Part shown: positions 14,966 to 24,461 of the stretch, piece by piece
Position numbering within the stretch: the stretch's first letter is position 1
How the letters are laid out: each line of letters starts with the position of its first letter
DNA from: a virus
Lineage: Duplodnaviria; Caudoviricetes
Length of the DNA: 37,271 bases
IMG/VR virus record: IMGVR_UViG_3300025621_000026
Coordinates: 1 to 37,271 of that record
Reading direction: 5' to 3' (one strand)
Notes under the pieces: model-generated
Told to the model about the DNA's origin: nothing
Database searches by the model: none
What the model saw: only the letters and a program-made list of their open reading frames with translations
Translations under genes and position numbers: made by a program

Positions 14966-15420
14966 TGCAACAACTTATTGAAGATACCCTAACTTACGAT
15001 CCAGACACTGGTTTGTTTAAGTGGTTAGACAACTCTCGAAAACACGCTAAAGGATGGTTTAAAGGCACTCTTTGCAATGGATACTTGAGGATTCAGATTG
15101 GAAAAAAAGCATATTTAACACACAGACTTGCTTGGTATTTAATGCATGGTAAGTTTCCAAAAGATTTTATTGACCATAAGAATGGTATCCCAACAGACAA
15201 TAGGCTATTAAATTTACGAGAAGCAACTCCACACCAAAACAGTCAAAATTGTAAAGGTCGTGGTACTTCTTTTAATAAAAAAGGTAAAAAATGGGAAGCA
15301 AGGATTAGTGTAAACAAAAAAGATTTATTCTTAGGGTTTTTTGATACAGAAGAAGAAGCACGTCAAGCATATGTCAAAGGTAAGAAAAAATATCACCCAT
15401 TTTGGATTGAGAAGGAGTAA
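14965..15420 (+). CDS. HNH-AP2 homing endonuclease
   Basis: LTYDPDTGLFKW, HRLAW, IDHKNGIPTDNRLLNLREAT..QN, AP2-like KWEARI...LGFFDTEEEARQAY; visibly more AT-rich than its flanks. Confidence 0.88.
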   Translation: MQQLIEDTLTYDPDTGLFKWLDNSRKHAKGWFKGTLCNGYLRIQIGKKAYLTHRLAWYLMHGKFPKDFIDHKNGIPTDNRLLNLREATPHQNSQNCKGRGTSFNKKGKKWEARISVNKKDLFLGFFDTEEEARQAYVKGKKKYHPFWIEKE

Positions 15421-15422
15421 AC

Positions 15423-17114
15423 GTGGACTTAGTTCTCGACATCGAGACAGATAGCAAGCAGAGTAAGATATGGCTTTGCTATACCCATAACAGCGACACG
15501 AATGAATACATATGTCACACAAAACCGGATACACTCATACCCTTAATAAACAAAGCAGAGAGATTGATCGGACACAACTTGATCGGCTTCGACGCACCAG
15601 TGCTCAACAAGCTGTGGGGAACGAAGATTGGATTGAAGAAAGTGAGAGATACCTTGATAATGTCAAGGCTACTCAATCCCTCTATCGAAAACGGTCACAG
15701 TTTGGCAGCATGGGGCAAGAGGCTAGGGAATCGTAAGGTTGAGTACACACGCATTTGGCATTGGATGAAAGGGTTACAATATGACAAGACTTCTACTACT
15801 CCTTATGACGATCCAGTTGATAACCTTAACCGCTTTTATTGTAGACAGGACGTGTCAGTAACTGTGGACTTGTACAAGTTGTTGTCTCAAGAGTTAAGAG
15901 GTTGGGGTGAAAGCGTACAGCTAGAGCATGACGTAGCGGCTATTTTAAAGAGGCAAGAGCAGCATGGATTTAAATTTGATAAGCACAAAGGTGAGGTACT
16001 TCTTGCTCAACTTACAGGTGAAGTTGCTGATATTGAAAGCGAATTGCAAGATACGTTTCCACCAATTGTCGAAGAACGAGTTAGTGAGAAAACTGGTAGA
16101 ACTCTCAAAACCAAGGTGACCCCATTCAATCCCGGCAGTAGGCAGCAGATTGCTGAGAGGCTGGCGACATTGGGTGTTACCTTTACAGAGGAAACAGAGA
16201 AGGGAAGCACCATCATCAACGAGAAGGTGTTAGAGGGTATTGACCTACCAGAGGCTAAACTAATTGCTCGGTATCTAATGCTACAGAAACGCATCTCGCA
16301 GGTGAGTAGCTGGTTTGACGTTGTTAAGGAGGATGGTAGGGTACACGGTAGGGTGATAACAAATGGAGCCGTGACGGGGCGTATGACGCATATTAGCCCT
16401 AACATGGCGCAAGTGCCTAACAGTGGTAGTGAGTACGGTGTCGAGTGTCGTGAGTTGTGGACAGTTGAACCCGGTAACAAGTTGGTAGGTATCGACGCAA
16501 GCGGGTTGGAGTTACGTATGTTAGCCCACTATATGAAGGATGCTCGATATACAGACGAAATCCTCAATGGTGACATACATACGGCTAACCAAAAGGCGGC
16601 AGGGTTGCTCAATCGGAATACAGCAAAGACATTTATATATGCTTTCTTATATGGTGCTGGAGCTGCAAAGATTGGAGCAATTGTAGGTAGTGATGAGAAG
16701 GAAGGCAGGAAACTGATGAGGCGCTTCCTACGAAACACTCCTGCACTAGGTGAGTTGAAGGATAAGGTATCTCGTTTGTATGAAAGAGACGGGTTCTTAC
16801 CGGGTTTAGATGGCAGACATTTGTTAGTGCGTAGCGAACATAGTGCACTGAATACTTTGTTACAAGGAGCAGGGGCAATTTTAATGAAAAAATCCCTAGT
16901 TATCTTGAACAACAAGTTAAAGTGTGGTATAATAGACGCTAAGTTCTGTGCAAATGTGCACGACGAGTGGCAGGTAGAAGTCTCGGAAGAAGACGCAGAG
17001 CAAGTAGGTAAGATGGCAGTAGCGGCTATCGAAGAGGCGGGTGTGGCACTGGGGCTAAGGTGTCCAACAACAGGAGAATATAATGTAGGTAATAACTGGA
17101 AGGAAACACATTGA
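15423..17114 (+). CDS. DNA polymerase family A with 3'-5' exonuclease
   Basis: DIETD, GHNLIGFD; motif A DASGLELR, motif B RNTAKTFIYAFLYG, motif C VHDE; GTG start with AAGGAG. Confidence 0.96.
   Translation: MDLVLDIETDSKQSKIWLCYTHNSDTNEYICHTKPDTLIPLINKAERLIGHNLIGFDAPVLNKLWGTKIGLKKVRDTLIMSRLLNPSIENGHSLAAWGKRLGNRKVEYTRIWHWMKGLQYDKTSTTPYDDPVDNLNRFYCRQDVSVTVDLYKLLSQELRGWGESVQLEHDVAAILKRQEQHGFKFDKHKGEVLLAQLTGEVADIESELQDTFPPIVEERVSEKTGRTLKTKVTPFNPGSRQQIAERLATLGVTFTEETEKGSTIINEKVLEGIDLPEAKLIARYLMLQKRISQVSSWFDVVKEDGRVHGRVITNGAVTGRMTHISPNMAQVPNSGSEYGVECRELWTVEPGNKLVGIDASGLELRMLAHYMKDARYTDEILNGDIHTANQKAAGLLNRNTAKTFIYAFLYGAGAAKIGAIVGSDEKEGRKLMRRFLRNTPALGELKDKVSRLYERDGFLPGLDGRHLLVRSEHSALNTLLQGAGAILMKKSLVILNNKLKCGIIDAKFCANVHDEWQVEVSEEDAEQVGKMAVAAIEEAGVALGLRCPTTGEYNVGNNWKETH
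16905..16933 (+). promoter_or_regulatory. Internal promoter inside the polymerase gene
   Basis: TTGAAC-AACAAGTTAAAGTGTGG(17)-TATAAT; shares AAAGTGTGGTATAATA with the promoters at 4010 and 32012. Confidence 0.7.
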
Positions 17115-17311
17115 ACGAGCGTGAGTTGAAAGAGTTGGCTACTGTTGTTGATGGCGCAGATTGTGCAATCATCATTACAGAGAAAGATGGCGTAGTAAGC
17201 CTAGGTTTCAGTCAACATTTAAACGATATGGAAGTGTTAGATTTGTTAGCAGTTGTCACTTCCACATTTTATGACATTGCCGAAGAAGACGGTAGTGATT
17301 TGGTACATTAA
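17111..17311 (+). CDS. Acidic hypothetical protein
   Basis: TTG start with AAGGA RBS, overlapping the polymerase stop. Confidence 0.65.
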   Translation: MNERELKELATVVDGADCAIIITEKDGVVSLGFSQHLNDMEVLDLLAVVTSTFYDIAEEDGSDLVH

Positions 17312-17320
17312 GGAGTTAGT

Positions 17321-17725
17321 ATGAATACAGAAGCAGTTAAGGTTAAAGCGGAAGTTATGTGGGCATTCTTGAACAAGCCCAACGAGATGAGTGGTAAGTT
17401 TCAGGTTGACCTATGTAACCTATCAGATAAAGCCGTAGGCGCTTTGGAAGAGATGGGTATTGAGGTCAAGACCAAAGAGGGTAAAGGCGCTTATGTCACC
17501 TGCAAGAGCACCCGACCAATTGCCGCCTACGACGATGGTGGCTCATTACTAGAGGGTGAAATCCTTGGGAACGGCTCAAAGGCAGCGGCTATTATCACGC
17601 CTTACGAGTGGTCATTCAAAGGTAAGAAGGGTGTTAGCCCATCATTGCGTAAGATGGTTATCACTGAGTTAGTACCCTACACTGGTGGTAGTGGTGGAGC
17701 GTTTGACGAAGACGATCTGCTGTAA
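17321..17725 (+). CDS. Single-stranded DNA-binding protein (T7 gp2.5-like)
   Basis: Between polymerase and exonuclease; GKFQVDL, LGNGSK, KKGVS; Gly linker plus acidic tail FDEDDLL. Confidence 0.7.
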   Translation: MNTEAVKVKAEVMWAFLNKPNEMSGKFQVDLCNLSDKAVGALEEMGIEVKTKEGKGAYVTCKSTRPIAAYDDGGSLLEGEILGNGSKAAAIITPYEWSFKGKKGVSPSLRKMVITELVPYTGGSGGAFDEDDLL

Positions 17726-18408
17726 TGAATGCTCTACTTGATGCAGATATTCTCTGTTATCGAGTAGGGTTTGCTACCGAAGACGAGCATGAGAACACCG
17801 CTATCGAAACAATGGCGGTGTTTTTAGAAGATTTGTTAATGTTTGATCTAGTGGACACAGATGACTATGAGTTGTTCCTGACAGGCAAAACAAACTTTCG
17901 TAATGAAGTTGCGGTAACAGTACCTTACAAAGGTAACAGGAAGGATGTTAAGAAGCCGAAACACCTACCTCTCCTACGGGAATATTTACAAACGGCATGG
18001 GGCGCTAGTGTTAGCGACGGACAGGAGGCAGATGATGACATTGCAATACGGGCAACCGAGTTGGGTGAGGAAAGTATCATTGTATCAATTGATAAAGACT
18101 TTATGCAGGTTCCGGGATGGCACTACAATTTTGTAAAGAAAGTGAAGAAGCATGTGACACCAGAGGACGGCTTGCGCTTCTTTTACAAGCAAATTTTGAT
18201 GGGGGATTCTGCAGACAATATCAAAGGGATATTTCGTGTAGGCGAGAAGAAAGCGACAAAAATGCTTGCCGACCTGAAGACAGAACAACAATTTTACCAG
18301 TGTTGTGTGGAGGGACTGGGAGAAGAACGTGTTTTAGAGAATGCGAGATTGTTGTGGTTACGTCGTTATCCGAATCAAATGTGGGAGCCACCGAGTGAAA
18401 AAGTTTAA
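17725..18408 (+). CDS. 5'-3' exonuclease (T7 gp6-like)
   Basis: LDADIL, NFR...YKGNRK, EADDDI, SIDKDF, GDSADNIKG. Confidence 0.92.
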   Translation: MNALLDADILCYRVGFATEDEHENTAIETMAVFLEDLLMFDLVDTDDYELFLTGKTNFRNEVAVTVPYKGNRKDVKKPKHLPLLREYLQTAWGASVSDGQEADDDIAIRATELGEESIIVSIDKDFMQVPGWHYNFVKKVKKHVTPEDGLRFFYKQILMGDSADNIKGIFRVGEKKATKMLADLKTEQQFYQCCVEGLGEERVLENARLLWLRRYPNQMWEPPSEKV

Positions 18409-18646
18409 ATTAGCAGGGTGTACATGGGAGGTAGTAGAAACCGAGATGCCTGACCTAGGCTCTACAAACCCCGATGAGTGCAGAATTTTAATTAACAAGA
18501 AGTTAACAAAACAAGATAAAGACGTTACCTTTTACCATGAGCTTGTTCATGCGATTATGTTTACAATGGGTGAACGTGACCAAGACGAGCGCTTTGTAGA
18601 AGGGTTTGCTCAGTTGTTGTACCAGTATGAACAACAGAAAGTATAA
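18395..18646 (+). CDS. Small HExxH zinc metallopeptidase-like protein
   Basis: TFYHELVHAI..E; start moved to GTG 18395. Confidence 0.65.
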   Translation: MKKFKLAGCTWEVVETEMPDLGSTNPDECRILINKKLTKQDKDVTFYHELVHAIMFTMGERDQDERFVEGFAQLLYQYEQQKV

Positions 18647-19007
18647 CGACGGAGAATGGACTGAGGCAAGGTTTAGGGCATTTATAATATCTGCGCTACG
18701 AGCTTATATGAAGCGATTCCCGCCTAAGTGGAAGGCTCTTAAAGACGCAGCGGTAGGTAGGTTAATTAACAAACGAAGTGGTAGGTTAGCAGAACATTAT
18801 TTGTGTGCTGATTGTGGAGACTTCTTTATTGCAAGAGATGTACAAGTGGATCACATTGAACCCGTTGTATCTCCGAAGGAAGGGTTTCAAGATTGGTGGA
18901 CATATATGAATAGGTTGTACTGTGAAGCGGATAACCTACAAGTGCTGTGTAAACCTTGTCACAAACAAAAGACAGCGGAAGAACGTAAAGAGAGGAAGAA
19001 GAAATGA
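18627..19007 (+). CDS. HNH endonuclease (Zn-binding)
   Basis: CADC, VDHIEP, NLQVLCKPCHKQKT; start moved to ATG 18627. Confidence 0.85.
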   Translation: MNNRKYNDGEWTEARFRAFIISALRAYMKRFPPKWKALKDAAVGRLINKRSGRLAEHYLCADCGDFFIARDVQVDHIEPVVSPKEGFQDWWTYMNRLYCEADNLQVLCKPCHKQKTAEERKERKKK

Positions 19008-19633
19008 ACGTTAAGCTAATGTGGGTAACACCTCATGCCGAAGAGATGGTTGCTTACATGGCTCGTGTCTCAAACCCAGAGAATCAGAATAACGTAGCGA
19101 CAGCGCCTAAGCTGCTACGTTACCTGATGAATAACAAGCATTGGTCACCCTTCGAGATGGTTAATGTTTGTATGGAGATTGAGGTAACACGGGACATAGC
19201 ACGACAGATTCTGAGGCATCGGTCGTTTAGCTTCCAAGAGTTTAGTCAGCGGTATGCGGAGGCTTTGGATATGGAGTACAGTGAGGTACGGTTGCAGGAT
19301 GAGAAGAACCGACAGAACAGTCTCCCTACTGAGGACAGAGAGTTACAGCGCTGGTGGGATGAGATGCAACGTAGTTTAATAGCGCAAGCTAAAGGGGTGT
19401 ACGGAGCTGCTCTGAATAACGGGATAGCTAAGGAGGTTGCCCGGAAGGTTTTGCCAGAGGGGTTAACAAACAGTCGGATGTATATGAACGGGACGTTACG
19501 GAGTTGGATGCACTATGTTGACATCCGCTGTGACGAGGCAACACAAAAAGAGCATAGGGAAGTAGCAGATCAGTGTAAAGCGATTTTGACTGACTTGTTC
19601 CCTAGCATTTATGGAGAGAAAAATGGAAGATAA
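19004..19633 (+). CDS. thyX: FAD-dependent thymidylate synthase
   Basis: HWSPFE, RQILRHRSFSFQEFSQRY (RHRx7S). Confidence 0.95.
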   Translation: MNVKLMWVTPHAEEMVAYMARVSNPENQNNVATAPKLLRYLMNNKHWSPFEMVNVCMEIEVTRDIARQILRHRSFSFQEFSQRYAEALDMEYSEVRLQDEKNRQNSLPTEDRELQRWWDEMQRSLIAQAKGVYGAALNNGIAKEVARKVLPEGLTNSRMYMNGTLRSWMHYVDIRCDEATQKEHREVADQCKAILTDLFPSIYGEKNGR

Positions 19634-19853
19634 ACAGTATTACCACTTTAAGAAGAAGTGCTCACGACCAAGTGTAGAGACCACCTCAGAACACTTCTAC
19701 GTTTGTAATGAGGATGCCAGATGGGATGATGTCATGCGGCAGTTTGCTGCCTTTCTAGACTCCTGCGGTTATGTCGGTGTTTATGAGAAGGTAGACATCA
19801 TGTTAGAAGACTACTGGGATACAGGGTTAGATACTGGAGGCTTTCGAGCATGA
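19623..19853 (+). CDS. Hypothetical protein
   Basis: GGAG RBS before ATG 19623; FAAFLDSCGY. Confidence 0.65.
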   Translation: MEDKQYYHFKKKCSRPSVETTSEHFYVCNEDARWDDVMRQFAAFLDSCGYVGVYEKVDIMLEDYWDTGLDTGGFRA

Positions 19854-20620
19854 AGATACTTGTTATTCCTGACTGCCAAGTGAAGCCGGGAGTAGCTACT
19901 GATCATCTAACGTGGGCAGGGAAGGCTATCGTGGATTACCGACCAGATGTTGTTATCAACATTGGCGACTTCGCTGATATGCCCTCCTTGTCTACGCATG
20001 ATAAGACTGGTAGTAAATACTTTGAAGGTAAGCGTTACAAGGATGACGTTAACTGTGTGAAGGTAGCCATGAAGAAGCTGTTGAAGCCTCTGCGTGATTT
20101 ACAAGCAACACAGAAAATTACAAAGCACAAGGTGTATAAACCTCGTATGGTGTTAACAATGGGTAACCATGAGAACCGTATCAACCGAGCAGTGGCTAAC
20201 ACGCCTATGCTTGAGGGTGTGATTTCGACTGATGACCTAGACTACAAAAAAGATTGGGATGTATATGACTTTCTTAAACCTGTTTTTATCAATGGTGTTG
20301 GTTTCTGCCACTACTTCCCTGTTGGTGCTATGGGGCGACCAGCTAGTTCTGCTAGTGTTATCGTTAATAAGCTGCACATGTCTTGTGTTGCAGGGCATCA
20401 ACAAGGTAAGCAAGTTGCTTATGGCAAAAGAGCAGACGGAACCGCCATCTGTGGGATAATCGCTGGTAGCTACTACCTACACGACGAAGACTACATGGAT
20501 CAACTAAGCAACACACATTGGCGTGGGTTGGTCATGTTGAACGAGGTTAAGGACGGGGCTTTCGACGAGATGTTTCTCTCTATGAATTACTTACAGAAGA
20601 AATATGCTGACGATACCTGA
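19850..20620 (+). CDS. Calcineurin-like metallophosphoesterase
   Basis: IPDCQ, IGDFAD, GNHE, CH, GHQQ motifs. Confidence 0.85.
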   Translation: MKILVIPDCQVKPGVATDHLTWAGKAIVDYRPDVVINIGDFADMPSLSTHDKTGSKYFEGKRYKDDVNCVKVAMKKLLKPLRDLQATQKITKHKVYKPRMVLTMGNHENRINRAVANTPMLEGVISTDDLDYKKDWDVYDFLKPVFINGVGFCHYFPVGAMGRPASSASVIVNKLHMSCVAGHQQGKQVAYGKRADGTAICGIIAGSYYLHDEDYMDQLSNTHWRGLVMLNEVKDGAFDEMFLSMNYLQKKYADDT

Positions 20621-20762
20621 CATTTGTGATAAACTAAAACGTCTGGACGAGGTGACAATCTTGGAGCTGTTGGAGATTAACAGTGAAGAGATTGTCAACC
20701 GTTTTCAGGATAAGATAGAAGACATAGCTGATTATTTAGAGGAAGCACTTGATGACAATTAA
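20604..20762 (+). CDS. 52-aa acidic helical protein (not in ORF track)
   Basis: MLTIPDICDKLKRLDEVTILELLEINSEEIVNRFQDKIEDIADYLEEALDDN fills the gap to the RNR gene. Confidence 0.65.
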   Translation: MLTIPDICDKLKRLDEVTILELLEINSEEIVNRFQDKIEDIADYLEEALDDN

Positions 20763-22524
20763 AATAAACTTAGAACGGGACAAACTGTTCGACGCTCTCG
20801 GACTGCAACGGTTGCGTGAGAGTTACATGATGGAGGAGGAGGTTAGCCCACAAGAGAGGTTTGCGTATGTATCGGAAGCGTTCGGAAGTAATCCTGAGCA
20901 TTCTCAGCGACTTTACGAGTATAGTTCTAAGCATTGGTTGTCTTATAGCACTCCCATTCTTTCTTTTGGTCGTAGTAAGCGTGGACTTCCTATTAGCTGT
21001 TTTCTTAATTACATTGAAGACAGTGCTGAGGGTCTCGTTGACAACTTATCTGAAACTAATTGGCTTAGTATGTTGGGTGGCGGTGTTGGCATACACCTTG
21101 GGATACGTAACAGTGATGATAAATCAACTGGTGTTATGCCACACCTCAAAATGTACGATGCTTCCTCTTTGGCTTACCGACAGGGCAGAACACGTCGGGG
21201 TTCTTATGCAGCGTTTCTTGATGTAAGTCACCCAGACATCATTCAGTTCTTGGAGATGCGTAAACCGACGGGTGATCAAAACCTGCGGACGCTTAACCTG
21301 AACCACGGTGTTAACATAAGCGATGAGTTTATGCAGGTGATCGAACGGTGTATGAAAGACCCAGAGGCCAATGACGATTGGGCATTAAAAAACCCCGCCA
21401 ATGGCGAGGTCGTAGAAGTGGTCAGTGCTAAAGGGTTGTGGCAGAAGATGTTGGACTTACGTATGCAGACGGGTGAGCCATACTTCATCTTCATTGATAC
21501 GGCTAACAGGGATATGCCTGAGTGGTTAAAGGATAAAGGGTTACGTATTAACGGGTCTAACCTATGTACCGAAATCTTCCTACCCACCAGCGCTGAACGA
21601 ACGGCTGTGTGTTGTTTGTCTAGTGTTAACTTGGAGTACTATGATGATTGGAAAAATAATGATCAGTTTATCCCGGATGTTATGGAAATGTTGGACAATG
21701 TTGTCGAGTACTTTATCACTAACGCTCCTAAGCATATTAGTCGTGCTGTACGGTCTGCTACTGCCGAGCGGTCTGTTGGATTAGGTTCGTTAGGCTTTCA
21801 TGCCTACTTACAGAAGAACAACATGCCTATCGACGGGGTGATGGCTAAGTTAACAAACAAAGATATTTTCGCTCATATTAACAAGGAGTGTGCTCGTGCA
21901 GATAATATTCTCGTTCTTAAAAGAGGCGCTTGCCCGGATGCAAGTGAGTTTGGCATTCAGCGTCGCTTTAGTCATCATATGGCTATCGCTCCCAATGCTT
22001 CTTCCAGTCTTATTATGGGTAACACTTCGCCATCCGTGGAGCCGTATCGAGCAAATGTTTTTCGGCAGGATACCCTAAGTGGTGCATTTGTCTACCGTAA
22101 TCGATTCTTGTCGGAGCGTCTTGCTGGACTTGGTATGGATGACGATGACACTTGGGCTTCTATTATTGCCAACGATGGTAGCGTTCAGCATTTGGACATA
22201 CCAGAGGATGTGAAGGAAGTATTTAAGACAGCGATGGAGATTGACCAGCGATGGTTAGTCGAGTTGGCGGCAGATAGACAGAAGTATATCGACCAAGGAC
22301 AGAGTGTTAATTTATTCTTCCAGCCTAACACAACCATTGCCTACTTACATGCTGTACACTTCATGGCGTGGAAGATGGGGCTAAAGAGTTTGTACTACCT
22401 CCGCTCTGATAAGGTGCGTAAGGCAGACAAGGTTGGTGCTCAGGTTAAACGTCAACGTATTGAGGAGACGATTAATATGACAGCTATCGTGAACGGGGAA
22501 ACATGCCTAGCTTGCGAAGGTTAA
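20752..22524 (+). CDS. nrdA: Ribonucleotide reductase class I alpha subunit (no ATP cone)
   Basis: ISCFL, GGGVG, SNLCTE, IAPNASSS, DQGQSVN, KSLYY, C-terminal CLACEG. Confidence 0.95.
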   Translation: MTIKINLERDKLFDALGLQRLRESYMMEEEVSPQERFAYVSEAFGSNPEHSQRLYEYSSKHWLSYSTPILSFGRSKRGLPISCFLNYIEDSAEGLVDNLSETNWLSMLGGGVGIHLGIRNSDDKSTGVMPHLKMYDASSLAYRQGRTRRGSYAAFLDVSHPDIIQFLEMRKPTGDQNLRTLNLNHGVNISDEFMQVIERCMKDPEANDDWALKNPANGEVVEVVSAKGLWQKMLDLRMQTGEPYFIFIDTANRDMPEWLKDKGLRINGSNLCTEIFLPTSAERTAVCCLSSVNLEYYDDWKNNDQFIPDVMEMLDNVVEYFITNAPKHISRAVRSATAERSVGLGSLGFHAYLQKNNMPIDGVMAKLTNKDIFAHINKECARADNILVLKRGACPDASEFGIQRRFSHHMAIAPNASSSLIMGNTSPSVEPYRANVFRQDTLSGAFVYRNRFLSERLAGLGMDDDDTWASIIANDGSVQHLDIPEDVKEVFKTAMEIDQRWLVELAADRQKYIDQGQSVNLFFQPNTTIAYLHAVHFMAWKMGLKSLYYLRSDKVRKADKVGAQVKRQRIEETINMTAIVNGETCLACEG

Positions 22525-22591
22525 GTTGGATAAGGTGGCTAGAGATAGTCACCTGTCTACACATTATTGCTAACACATGGAGACAATGGTA

Positions 22592-23545
22592 ATGAAACCA
22601 CAATTAACAGAAGAGAGAAACACATTCAAGCCGTTCAAATACCCTTGGGCATATGACGCTTGGTTACAACATGAGCAGAGCCACTGGCTACACACGGAAG
22701 TGCCTATGGGTGAGGACTTGAAGGACTACCAGAAGAAGTTAACCAAGTCGGAGAAAGACTTCCTAACCAAAATCCTACGCTTCTTTGTGCAGGGTGACTT
22801 AGACATTGGTGACGGGTACTACACCCACTACCTACCAGTGTTTAAACAGCCGGAAGTGCGGATGATGATGTCAGGTTTTGCTGGTCGTGAGGCGTTACAT
22901 GTAGCTGCCTATGCCCACCTGATTGAGACGTTGGGGCTGCCTGAGAGCACCTACAACGAGTTTATGCAGTATGGTGAGATGGTAGAGAAGCATGAGTACT
23001 ACCAGACGCTTGGTGACGCTCCTATGGCTGAGAAGATTGCCACTATCAGCGCCTTTGGTGAGGGTATGCAGTTGTTCTCGTCGTTCGTCATGTTGTTAAA
23101 CTTTGCTAGACACGGTAAGCTGAAGGGGTTAGGGCAGATTATTGCTTGGTCAATCGTGGATGAGACACAACACGCTGAGGGTATGATTAAGGTCTACCGT
23201 GATTGGGTGAAACAGAACCCAGAAGAGAGCAGTAGTGACCGCATCAAGGAGATTGCTCAGGAGATGGTAGCGCTAGAGGATAAGTTTATTGACCTTGCCT
23301 TTGGTATGTTTGAGGTAGAGGGTTTACGTGCAGAGGATGTTAAAACTTACATCCGATACATTGCAGACCGCCGCCTGATCAGCATGGGTATGAAGGGTAT
23401 ATTTAAGGTGAAGAAGAATCCTCTGCCTTGGGTGGATGGGATGCTTGGTGTTAGCCACACTAACTTCTTTGAACAACGTGTAACAGATTATTCCAAAGGA
23501 GCCACTAACGGCACTTGGGATGACGTATGGGGTAAGGCAGCTTAA
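22592..23545 (+). CDS. nrdB: Ribonucleotide reductase class I beta subunit
   Basis: FFVQGD, EALHVAAY (radical Tyr retained), EGMQLFSSF, DETQH, NFFEQRVTDY; start placed 9 nt after GGAG. Confidence 0.95.
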   Translation: MKPQLTEERNTFKPFKYPWAYDAWLQHEQSHWLHTEVPMGEDLKDYQKKLTKSEKDFLTKILRFFVQGDLDIGDGYYTHYLPVFKQPEVRMMMSGFAGREALHVAAYAHLIETLGLPESTYNEFMQYGEMVEKHEYYQTLGDAPMAEKIATISAFGEGMQLFSSFVMLLNFARHGKLKGLGQIIAWSIVDETQHAEGMIKVYRDWVKQNPEESSSDRIKEIAQEMVALEDKFIDLAFGMFEVEGLRAEDVKTYIRYIADRRLISMGMKGIFKVKKNPLPWVDGMLGVSHTNFFEQRVTDYSKGATNGTWDDVWGKAA

Positions 23546-24270
23546 TGGTAACAAGAAAGAAAACAACAGACGCTGACACTAAACCGCAACATGGGTTGAA
23601 GATGCGACTGGATGACATGTTAACAATCAGTCCTAAGACAGAGAAGCAGAAGGAGTTCTTTGATGCCTACCAACAGGGTCATTACTTCTGTGCGCTGTCT
23701 GGGGTAGCTGGTACGGGTAAGACCTACATTGCCTTCTACAAGGCGCTTGAGGAGGTTATGGACAAGTCTAACCCCTATGCTAAGCTTGTTATCATCCGCA
23801 GTAGTGTGCAGAGTAGGGAGATGGGTCACTTGCCGGGAGATGCCGAGGAGAAGATGAACCAGTTTACAGAGCCGTACAAGCAGATAGCGGCTGAGCTGTT
23901 CAAACGCAAGGACGCATGGGATAGGTTGGTCGAGCAAGGGTATGTGGAGTTCCTCTCTACCTCGTTTATTCGGGGTACGACGTTTAACAATGCTATTGTT
24001 ATGCTGGATGAGAGTCAAAACTGTACAATGCATGAGCTGGATACCATCATCACCCGTATCGGTCACACGTCCAAGTTCTTCCTGTGCGGTGACTACAGGC
24101 AGGTTGACCTAAAGAAGAGAGATGACAAGAGTGGGTTACTGGAGTTCCTAACCATCCTACGGTCAATGAAGGAGTTTACAGAGATTGAGTTCTCCATCGC
24201 TGACATTGTTCGTAGTAGTTTGGTTAAGAATTACATCATCGCTAGAATTAAACACGAGGATAACAAATGA
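23545..24270 (+). CDS. phoH: PhoH-family ATPase
   Basis: GVAGTGKT, GHLPG, FIRGTTF, LDESQN, ITRIG, GDYRQVD, DIVRS. Confidence 0.93.
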   Translation: MVTRKKTTDADTKPQHGLKMRLDDMLTISPKTEKQKEFFDAYQQGHYFCALSGVAGTGKTYIAFYKALEEVMDKSNPYAKLVIIRSSVQSREMGHLPGDAEEKMNQFTEPYKQIAAELFKRKDAWDRLVEQGYVEFLSTSFIRGTTFNNAIVMLDESQNCTMHELDTIITRIGHTSKFFLCGDYRQVDLKKRDDKSGLLEFLTILRSMKEFTEIEFSIADIVRSSLVKNYIIARIKHEDNK

Positions 24271-24461
24271 TTGCTATAAACATGCGCCTAGGTATTGGGT
24301 TTGACATTGAGCATAACGACAACATATGCCATGTGGTAGGCGATGAGGAGGGTAGGTTTATCGCTGCCTATGAGGGGCTTATTATTAGAATCCCCTTCTT
24401 CTCTGTTTACATCGGTGAGTTTAGCGAGTTAGATGAGGAAGTGTTGGAAGTAGAAGACTAA
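24267..24461 (+). CDS. Hypothetical protein
   Basis: GAGGA RBS, ATGA overlap. Confidence 0.65.
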   Translation: MIAINMRLGIGFDIEHNDNICHVVGDEEGRFIAAYEGLIIRIPFFSVYIGEFSELDEEVLEVED

